Positions 1 to 10,299 of a stretch of DNA of 64,000 nt are shown here, one piece after another. The position numbers and the translations under genes were made by a program. Under the pieces are notes generated by a model. That model saw nothing but the letters and a program-made list of their open reading frames with translations, made no database searches and was not told the DNA's origin. The stretch lies in NCBI RefSeq assembly GCF_947568905.1, contig NC_079164.1:92318001-92382000 (forward strand), written 5' to 3'. Source of the DNA: Ostrea edulis (taxonomy: Eukaryota). Position 1 is the first letter of the stretch, and every line of letters begins with the position of its first letter.

Positions 1-1658
1 AAACATCTTATGTTTGATTCATCATTTTTTAAGAAACAGAGACTCGGTAACCGCAGTATTCCAATCCTAAATAGGAGAGGACTTCGGGCAGTTCGTTTCT
101 AAACTAAATACTGGTATTTTATCATTTAGATTAATAATGAGATGACTTTTTAATTTTATTCGAACATAAATTCTCTGTTAGCCTTTTATCTATTTCATAT
201 GTTATGAAATAAATATGTTAATTCCTCTTAGCTAGGGTCATAAACTTTGCTAAGTGTCTGACCTTTACCCCGCTGTATCTTTTCGGGTTCAACACTAATC
301 CGCAGGATATCGGTACATGTACGAACTTTCACTTTATGTACATTGATCCCAAAATGAGGGAAATCTAGCTTTTATCACACCGGACTCACACTTAATGTGA
401 TACATAAGTGTATATCATACTAGGTGCATAATAAAATCAAATTCAATTTTATCTTTGTTCAATGTTGTTATCGGGGGGTGGTGGGTGAGTGAAAACCTGT
501 TATACATTGAATAGGTTCACAAGAAAGACGTAATAAAATTTTAAAGGGGTTAAATTATAATACAAGTCCTTTTCTGTATATTCATTTTATTTTCTCTTAT
601 TTGTGAAAGAACATACAATCACAATCGGGGGAGGGGGGAGGGTCAGAAAATGATAACACCGGGGAAAAGGGGTGGTGCCCATAGGCTCTTGCTTAATATT
701 TTTTATACGTTACAATGCATGGTTTTAATATACATATATTATGCATTAGTATGAAGTATATAAAACTCTGGATTCTGAGGATAACTTCCCGTTCTCTCTG
801 TAATTTCTGCTTTCCTTATTCATAATAAGCTTTTTGTTTTTACATGACCCCATATATTTATTTAATTTTGCTATTTACTTACAGATAAGTATAAGATAAT
901 GTTGCGCCTGCGTAAAGGAGGGGGTAACGTATAGTTACCTTCTACCTTCTTAATTCAGAAATGAAAATTATGTAACTTTGTATTATATTTTATTATACTA
1001 CAGCAGTGTGAAGGGGAAATGCTTAGCTCACCTGAACTATAGAATAAAATGAGATTTTTTTTATATTTTGTTATTTGTCTACCCGTTTGTAACTGTTCAT
1101 ATCTTTATCTACTGGGCATATTTTCACCAATGCTTTGACTTTGTAATTGTTCAATAGAATTGTTGTAATTAGAAATTAAAGCATATGTAAGATGTGTTTG
1201 TAAGATGTGTATAACGGGAATTAAGAATGAATTTCAGACATACTGGGAAGTTTGTCACGTGGTCACTCTACCTGTTACTTGGCTATGTGTATTTGAAATA
1301 GAAGTAGAAATGTAAACAAGGGTGACCTAAGGTCATCATACACTGAGATGTCGGTTACATCAGGACATCTTTCTATGATGTGAAATTATATACTATATTT
1401 CCCAGGACATTTTGTTAAAACAAGGGTAACCTCAGGTCATCCACACACTGAAATGTCTGATACTTCAGGACACCTTACTATTATTGGAAATTATACAATT
1501 TACACAATTTCAGAATATTTCCTTTTCTATATATATCCTATTATATTCGGTAAACCAAGGGTGAGCTTTGTTACCAAGAACTGATAAAGGAATGTTGCCG
1601 GTTTCAACCATAACAAAACTGATATTATGTAATTAACCTTTCCCCTGTAGCTGAAATG

Positions 1659-2190
1659 TATGGTGTTTCTGTTTCAGATAGTCAAATAAATATGTCGACT
1701 TGTCAGATGATTATGTCAACTATGTAGTCAGGTGATTTTCTCCATTTTTCAAATGAAAATGAGTTTGAGTTTATAAGTAGGTGTAAAAATGCTTCCACGA
1801 CCACAATGTGCCCTCCACTTGACAACATACTAATTTGACAAGTCGACATAATTATCCGACAAGTCGACATAATTAACTGACAAGTCGACATAATTATCTG
1901 ACAAGTCGACATAATTAACTGACAAGTCAACATAATTATCTGACAAGTCGGCATAATTAACTGACAAGTCGACATAATTATCCGACAAGTCGACATAATT
2001 AACTGACAAGTCGACATAATTATCTGACAAGTCGACATAATTAACTGACAAGTCGACATAATTATCTGACAAGTAGGCATAATTAACTGACAAGTCGACA
2101 TAATTATCTGACAAGTCGGCATAATTAACTGACAAGTTGACATAATTAACTGATAAGTTGACAAAATAATCTGACAAGTGATGGCAGATG
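1659..2190. mobile_element. Foldback-type non-autonomous element with 21-bp subterminal repeat array
   Basis: About 16 copies of TGACAAGTCGACATAATTA(TC/AC) at ~1830-2175 and an inverted copy (TATGTCGACTTGTCAGATGATTATGTCAAC) at ~1691-1720. A possible TATGG terminus is at 1659; the right terminus was not recognised. Confidence 0.55.
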
Positions 2191-2479
2191 GGAAGTGAAT
2201 GAAATTGATAACGGCGCGTGTAGTTAACATGGTAGATACACAAGGTAAGATACTGTTTGCTGAATACTACCAGTAATTGCATGCATTAACCCAAGATATA
2301 TATATATATATATACATATACAATGTATGTTAGTTTCTATACTTCCCTCTCCATGAATAGTAAGTGCAGAATTGGTAACAGGTATTAGTAAATGAAAACA
2401 TCCACATAACTTAGTGTTAACAACAATTTGATTTAGTGTTAATTAAAGTTTGAATAAAAGGTGGTGCTCGGGGCTTCGA

Positions 2480-3130
2480 TGGCGAAAATCAAGTGTCATT
2501 GCCCAATGGGTACCCAGAGGTAATCCTTATATGATCAATGGGTGACCAAAAGTAACCCTCTAATCACCATTACATCATTGGGTGACCAGAAGTAACCCTT
2601 ATATGACCATTGTATCAATGGGTGACCAGAAGTAACCTTTATATGACCATTACATCATTGGGTGACCAGAAGTAACCTTTATATGACCATTACATCATTG
2701 GGTGACCAAAAGGTAACCCTTATATGACCATTGTATCAATGGGTGACTAAAAGTAACCCTTGTATGACCATTACATCTATGGTGATAAGAGGTAATCCTT
2801 ATATAACCATTACATTAATGGATGACCAGAGGAAACCCTTATATGATCATTACATTAATGGATGACCAGAGGTAACCCTTATATGATCATTACATTAATG
2901 GATGACCAGAGGAAACCCTTATATGATCATTACATTAATGGATGACCAGAGGTAACCCTTATATGATCATTACATTAATGGATGACCAGAGGAAACCCTT
3001 ATATGATCATCACACCATTGGGTGACCATAGGTAACCTTTATATGACCATTACATCGTTGAGTGACCATAGGTAGCCTTTATATGACCATTACATCGTTG
3101 AGTGACCAGAGGATCATCACATCATTGGGT
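2480..3130. repeat. ~40-bp minisatellite (GGGTGACCAGAAGTAACCCTTATATGACCATTACATCATT)
   Basis: About 15 tandem units, directly visible. Confidence 0.9.
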
Positions 3131-3463
3131 GATTAGAGGGAACGAAAGTATACGTACCATCTTCCATATTAATTCCGCATGATACTATCTAACTCATACC
3201 AAGTCTTTTCCTTATTTACACACTTGGTCTGTGAACTTGTTACTTATCAACGTGGGTAGATGATTTCCAGCGTTTTAAACTACAATGACAAAACCCAGTA
3301 TCAGTCACTGTAGGTCGTTCACGATCCTCCCCTTCTTTACATTTCACCTATTCTCGATTTGTCTTTATATCATCGGGTAAAATTTAGTATGAATAAGTCG
3401 AAGTGATAAATGCAATGCATCTTTATGAACACAACATCCAAGGACACTTGGGAACGGAATTAA

Positions 3464-4074
3464 AGGGACTGATTCACGATTTACTCTAAATTTAGGGGGG
3501 TAGGGTTACTTTTATTCATCAAAACCTACTGTCTGATGTGTTTAAAGGCCAAAAAACGTACGATTATACATACATTGATATGACAGAAGCGCATTATATG
3601 GAGAGTTTATTGTTGTGTAAAAAAAGATTGAGAAATGTTATTGTTTACAAAGTATGGAAATCTATACGGTTATCGATCTAAGTTCATGCTATACATCCAA
3701 TCTAATTAAAATCAGATCCTAGAATAAGCTCACAATCGCTGCAATACGCAGAGTATACGGCGCGGATCTAAGAAGTCTAATTTTAATTAGGTTGGCTATA
3801 CATCACATTTCAAGCATTCTTTAGGTAATTTTAAATTTGTGTCTATGCAAAATTGGGATATTTTAGATTACAAAATTAACATTTTACTAGTTTGTAAACA
3901 TAAACAATGTTCAAGTCTTGTTTAAATAACACAGAGTTAAGGCTAAAATTTTACTCTTATCCTTGCATTGAAAAATGTCCTTATTTGGTTTTACTTTGAA
4001 ATAGTTATATCTTTAATGTTTAACATCAGAAATGAAAAAAAAAATGAAAAATCAAAAAACGTGAACCAGTCCTT
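3464..4074. mobile_element. TTAA-flanked MITE (Kolobok-like)
   Basis: Imperfect TIRs: TTAA|AGGGACTGATTCACGATTT ... AAACGTGAACCAGTCCTT|TTAG. The superfamily is inferred from the TTAA flank and purine termini. Confidence 0.65.
3697..3795. mobile_element. 99-bp mini-MITE with 8-bp TSD nested in the TTAA MITE
   Basis: TIRs CCAATCTAATTAAAATCAGA / TCTAATTTTAATTAGGTTGG; direct repeat CTATACAT at 3689-3696 and 3796-3803. Confidence 0.8.
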
Positions 4075-4541
4075 TTAGCCTTTTAGCTTGTTTTCCGGAT
4101 CTCCATTACATACAGATCTATGTTGTAAAATGTGATTATTATGAACATTTAAGAAACTTAGAAAACTTTGAAATCCCTGTTTAAGAACATTCATGTCGTA
4201 ACGGTATAACATTTTATATACCACGTACGTATACGTACCTGAATGAAAATATTTTCTCTTTCTTATCTGTCTACTTCAAATTTCAAAACACACATAAATT
4301 GAATTCTTCCGGGTGATGATAATAGATGGTCGACTCGTTCATTACAATGGGAATGAAAATTGACTTGATAAACTGTAGAAACGGGAAATATGGAAAAGGA
4401 AGTTATTTTATGGTAATATTTTCCTGAAACTCGTCCTTCAACACGTGTTGAAATAGCGTCTAAACATGAGTGAGGATTTATGCAACTCCCCACGCATTGG
4501 AATTACGTTGATAATTATTTTCATTCATATGTCGATTCGGT

Positions 4542-4990
4542 ATACAGTAAAACTCGAATACAGCGAACAAGGATATAGCGAATTTACGGTTATAGGGAAG
4601 TGAAACTAATTTTCTCTGCAAATTCCTTATACATTATATATTTTAAAAAATCTGCGTCTATAACGAATACGAATATAGTAAATTTACACATATAACGAAG
4701 TAAATTACTGTTTACACGAATATAGCGAATTTACACATATAGCGAAGTAAATTACTGTTCACACGAATATAGCGAATTTACACATATAACGAAGTAAATT
4801 ACTGTTCACACGAATATAGCGAATTTACACATATAACGAAGTAAATTACTGTTCACATGTATATAACGAAGTAAATTACTGTTCACATGTATATAACGAA
4901 GTAAATTACTGTTCACACGAATATAACGAAGTAAATTACTGTTCACACGAATATAGCAAATTTACACATATAACGAAGAAAATGACTGTT
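4542..4990. mobile_element. Tc1/pogo-like MITE left end with expanded ~47-bp minisatellite
   Basis: TA|CAGTAAAACTCG start, then tandem CGAATATAGCGAATTTACACATATAACGAAGTAAATTACTGTTCACA units at ~4655-4990. No right TIR found. Confidence 0.5.
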
Positions 4991-5734
4991 CCCCTTGAAC
5001 GTAAAAATAAACTTTTATAACGAAGTTTATTTTTTTCATATTGAAACTCGCTGTGGTTTATTTAAAACTTCTTTTCCTTTGTCATAGGATCCACATTATA
5101 CAAAATTTCTGTTTTTATTTTGTTTAAAGGGGTCGTTGATGCAAAACAATACTTAAACATATGTTTAGGAAATATATTGTCGGTATTGATTACTATTCTT
5201 GTTTATTAAATTTGAATATTGATTGCATTTATTTTATCGTAAATTCTTAATTTGTGCTTCTTTAAAATGGTCTCAGATTCTTCACTTCAGATTACTTCAC
5301 TTACCGTGTGGTAAGTTTGTCTGATGTTCGCGTGGGCGATCCCAGATCAAATCTCGGGTGACATGCTTTCTTTTCCTTCGTCCTTTTCTTGAAGAATATT
5401 TCTTATAAGTCAATGGTGAGAGTTAAACATAACATTTATGAAATATGTACAAGTTTACAAAATTTAAGAGGTCGGAATTGAATAAACGCCGAGATTTCCT
5501 GAAGTATTCATCGTATTTTCTTTCGGTAAACAGATAACCATATATGGATCAAGGATTTTCGAGTCAAATATAGATTTTGTAACTCAATCAAAAATATGGA
5601 AGAAAAAAATCTACCGTCAGATCTATCACCGAATTGTATAGTTTATCATAAGCCTCCTCCATCGTGTTGAGGTCGGTTACAGTCCTGGTTTCTGTATTTA
5701 CAATGACTTTGTAGTGTTGTTCCAAGATTTCCTT

Positions 5735-6432
5735 GTTGCTGGATATTCTTGTTGCTGTATATTGTTTTCTTGTTGCTGGATATTCTTGTTGCTGGATATC
5801 GTTTTCTTGTTGCTGGATATTGTTTTCTTGTTGCTGGATATTGTTTTCTTGTTGCTGGATATTGTTTTCTTGTTACTGGATATTGTTTTCGTGTTGCTGG
5901 ATATGGTTTTCTTGTTGCTGGATATTGCTTTCGTGTTACTGGATATTGTTTTCGTGTTGCTGGATATTGTTTTCTTGTTGCTGGATATGGTTTTCTTGTT
6001 GCTGGATATTGTTTTCGTGTTGCTGGATATGGTTTTCTTGTTGCTGGATATTGCTTTCGTGTTACTGGATATTGTTTTCGTGTTGCTGGATATTGTTTTC
6101 TTGTTGCTGGATATGGTTTTCTTGTTGCTGGATATGGTTTTCGTGTTGCTGGATATGGTTTTCGTGTTGCTGGATATTGTTTTCGTGTTGCTGGATATGG
6201 TTTTCGTGTTGCTGGATATGGTTTTCTTATTGCTGGATATGGTTTTCTTGTTACTGGATATTGTTTTCGTGTTGCTGGATATGGTTTTCGTGTTGCTGGA
6301 TATTGTTTTCGTGTTGCTGGATATTGTTTTCGTGTTGCTGGATATGGTTTTCGTGTTGCTGGATTTCGTGTTGCTGGATATTGTTTTCGTGTTGCTGGAT
6401 ATTGTTTTCGTGTTGCTGGATATTGTTTTCTT
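5735..6432. repeat. 21-bp minisatellite (GGATATTGTTTTC(T/G)TGTTGCT)
   Basis: About 33 tandem units; explains the four overlapping repetitive ORFs here. Confidence 0.95.
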
Positions 6433-7139
6433 GTTTGCCTCAAAAGTTTCTCTGACATAATCATAAAAGTTTACCTAAAACACACACATTCGATTCTAAA
6501 TCTCGGAGATAGGTTTTGACACTTTTCACTTCTACATCGAAATTTGTAACATGTGATTCCGGGACACTGATCGAGGGAACCTTGTATAGCATTTAATGTT
6601 GTCATCTGCGAGCCTTATTTATAATGAGACAATTTTAAGATATCTTTAAAAATGTCAGATCCTTCTGAAGATCGAATTACGTGATCACTAAAATACTTTG
6701 GAGTAATGGTTTTTGGAATAATCATCAAGTCTAGTTTTATTTCACATGGAAGGGGGTGGTCTATTTTCAATTCACGTGAGGATTTCACATGGACGGAGGT
6801 AGGTCTATCTTTGATTTACGTAGGGGGGGGGGGATAAGATCTATGGATCTATACCGTATTTTGCTTCATTCTCACTTTATTAAAGTTCAACACATTAACC
6901 AAAATACACATGTTAGACGCTTCTGAAGATCGAAAAGCATGTCTCTTATATAGATACATACTTAAAGTTATGTTAAATTATTTTGAAGATGGGTCTAATT
7001 AATGAAAAATAAGTTTAAAAACATAAAATAGCACAAACACGACTTAAAATAATGAAAGGACGACTGGACAAAAAGTTGATAGGACAACTTGCATTTGTCG
7101 TGTTTTCGCCAAAATAAAAAAGATATAAGGACAAAAAGT

Positions 7140-7482
7140 CTGATTGATTGATTTTATATCTCGTCGAGAATTTTCACTCATATCGAGACGTCACCAGCTG
7201 TAGGTGAAGTACCACAAATTTAGATATATGCTTAGCGCTCAGGGCCGTAGCAGTGAGGGTTCTTTATCGTGCCAAAGCCTGCCACGACACGGGACATCCG
7301 TTTTTAAGGTCATACCCGAAAGACTCGTGATTCTTACTTCTAAATGCCGAGCGTTTGGCGAAGGAGCAATCACTACCTATTATAGCGTCTTAGGTTGGAC
7401 GATGTCATGGCATGAGCGGGACTCAAATTCACGACCTTCTGGTTACGAAGCAAACACTCTACTACTGAGCTACCGCGACCGG
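7140..7482 (-). mobile_element. tRNA-derived SINE with Deu/Nin-like central domain
   Basis: Minus strand begins with a tRNA-like head (CCGGTCGCGGTAGCTCAGTAGTAGAG... A box, degenerate B box), has central GGCACGATAAAGAACCC and an (AATC)n tail. A homologous copy is at 44870-46253. Confidence 0.85.
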
Positions 7483-7868
7483 TTAAAGGACGAAAAGAAG
7501 ACAAAATTCAGGCAAAAAGACGCCAAATTCACCCACAAAATAGTGACCTTCTGTCTTTTTTGTTTTGTTGTTGTTGTTTGTTTTGTTTTTTTTTGGCTTG
7601 GCTTGGCGTTCTGTCGTGTTTTCTTCGCTAATTTGCGTAACTATTCATGAAAGGAGATTTCAGAGACTGCAACAACTGGCGTGGACTCTGTGAAGTAGCC
7701 TTGCTATCTACAAACTGATTTTTCAGTCTTATTATTCTCTATGATGCATTACAGGGTGGATCAACTCTATACATGTATATGTTATTACGGGGTTTTTATC
7801 CATACTGTATAGTTTATACCTGTAGTCACTATAATGTGAGGGATTGGCGGATTCACCACTCGACCCAT

Positions 7869-7871
7869 CTA

Positions 7872-7903
<32 letters not shown>

Positions 7904-7950
7904 CTCTCTCTCATCTCTCTCAAATTCAACATTGTTCAATCTCAGTCGCT

Positions 7951-8030
<80 letters not shown>
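7869..8030. repeat. Compound (CT)n microsatellites
   Basis: Directly visible. Other (CT)n runs at ~15673-15712, ~46833-46877 and ~63755-63780. Confidence 0.95.
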
Positions 8031-8033
<3 letters not shown>

Positions 8034-8561
8034 CATCCTCATGAAGTACAAGCTCAAGTTAATTCATAACATAAACCCTGGTGATGTCATGGGCTTTTTA
8101 AGAGACAGTCTTAAATAGTTTCCTCTTTCATAAACAAATCCTAACTGATGTAAAAGTATTGTATATTTTGCATTATTTACTACCGGTACATCAAATTTAT
8201 TTTACGATTACAATTATAACAATCAAAACGAAAATAAATAAATACTATCAAAATGGCAGTATACATTTATATAACTGTAACCGTAACTGTAACCAGCAGC
8301 GTTACAATATTTTCCACAACTGTCCTGAATTTTTTTTTTACCAACTTTCAAGAAGAAAGAAAGAAAGCATTCCGCCAAAATGTTCCCCACATTTACTACT
8401 TTTCAATATCTTCATGGACCATCGTCGCATAAGCTTTCAGAAGACTTACTGAGCTTGTATGATATAGCGATTTCAAAGTTTTTGTTGAACATTGAGCTGC
8501 CAGAGCAACTGCAGAAGTAATGACATATTTAAACAGTCAAATCAATTAGCATCTAAATCCT

Positions 8562-9034
8562 TTACAGAAGGAATCCCCGTCGAAATCCGCAGTACGAGTT
8601 GGTGGAGGGCGTGGCCTGTGGTTTGACTATTCTGCTGGCATTGAAGGAGGGTGTAACCTGCGGTGTGACCATGCTGCTAGTCTTTGTGGAAGGCGTGGCC
8701 TGCGGTGTGACCATGCTTGCAGCCTTTGTGAAAGGCGTGGTCTGCGTTGTGACCATGCTGCTAGCCTTTGTGGAAGGCATGGTCTGCGGTGTGACCATGC
8801 TGCTAGCCTTTGTGGAAGGCGTGGTCTGCGGTGTGACCATGCTGCTAGCCTTTGTGGAAGGCGTGGTCTGCGGTGTGACCATGCTGCTAGCCTTTGTGGA
8901 AGGCGTGGCCTGCGGTGTGACCATGCTGCTGTGAGTGTTGCAGGTGGTTGACAGTACATCATGTTTGTTGGTTTCAACGTCAATGCTGGTAATTGGTTCT
9001 ATGGAAAATTTTAGATTCATTTCAGTTTCTATAT
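8562..9034 (-). CDS. Possible Ser/Thr/Pro-rich (mucin-like) exon with 14-aa repeats (TKASSMVTPQTTPS)
   Basis: GC-rich 42-bp repeat, open on the minus strand, preceded by a polypyrimidine tract and TAG acceptor (9035-9036). Flanking exons were not resolved. Confidence 0.4.
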
Positions 9035-10122
9035 CTAATATGAGGAAAATGAAGATACACAAAAATGTGAAAGCATATAAAGTTTGTAACCAGGGAAGGG
9101 GCGCAGATGATGGAAAGTTTAAAACAGCATCAAAACAAAACCTTTCAGATTAACAAAAAATCCTAATCTCTTTTTCTAACTTACACGGTCAGAAATTTTC
9201 ACTCCAGTGAAATCCTTGGTATTTGCAACCTACCCCTGAATTTTTTTTGTCTGTGGGCTTGCATTCGTGTGATGATGAAATACATGAAGGTGTATGTCAA
9301 TATGGAACTTTCGGGATGTGCCGGAACGACCGATTATATTTGACGTTTATACATCACGGTCACGTGATAATAACCAATTGTAGGGCAAAGTTGACATTGA
9401 TACAAATGGTGTTTCGCTAGCGGACAGCCCGTAAAGAGCTAAGCGCTGTCCTACGATGACGATCCAAGTCACTATTGGTGCTTAGTACCTTGGAGTAAGT
9501 TAGATGGAAGGAGAACGGCGTATATAGACGCGTATGACTGGATGCAAGGCGTGAAGTTTTACCGACATCCTCAAGATATTCCCTATATTTATTTTCCTCG
9601 CCAACTCACATTATTTAATCAAATGCATTTTCCTATAAAATGGTTGTAGTGATTCCTTACTTTCAAAGATAGCATTTAAGTGCAGGAATTTGATAGTAAA
9701 TGAAGTATCCCATGCTTGTTTACTTAGTTGTTATTGTAATCCGGAAGTGACATGCCCTACAAATTACGTTCAACGCGCGATAAAAGTCAGAGTGGATCCG
9801 TATCTCGAAAGTCCCGTTACGGAATTTAGACTACAACCATGCTCAGAAACATAATAAATCAATTATTACAGTGACACTTTGAAAAAGCAGAGGCTTGACA
9901 ATTATGATATATGCCTCTAATTATTATAAATACCTTGGAATTTTGAGGACACCCATTTGTAAGTCCACTGAACAGACAGGTAAACTAGATGCATCGCAAC
10001 GATCATGATGATTTTAAAGTCGGAACAATCTTATTTCTATACACGTATCCTGTCGATAGGGATAATTTGATTGTGACGTCATAATCAGTGACGAAACAAG
10101 ATATAACATAAATTGTTGCGTC

Positions 10123-10205
10123 AAGTGATAATGACGTCAGATATCTTTCATAGATTTGAATGAGAGAGAAAAATCAATGAAAGATATCTGACGTCATTAT
10201 CACTT
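10123..10205. repeat. Perfect 29-bp inverted repeat (hairpin)
   Basis: AAGTGATAATGACGTCAGATATCTTTCAT (10123-10151) and its exact reverse complement (10177-10205). Confidence 0.9.
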
Positions 10206-10299
10206 TTCAAGATGATTATTGATAAGATCTGAATTTGTTTTTGATACATATTGTATTCTTTATTAGTTTTACATGGTTAAATGTAATTATTGATTTGCT

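Noticed and set aside
5646-6519. Four overlapping 240-270-aa ORFs (KQYPATR, LLDIVF, CCWILFS, VAGYCF repeats)
   Set aside because: They are products of a 21-bp stop-free tandem repeat open in several frames, with no splice or domain support.
7405-7482. tRNA-like sequences here, at 46180-46253 and at ~27295-27360
   Set aside because: They are degenerate, and the first two are attached to SINE bodies, so they are SINE heads rather than tRNA genes.
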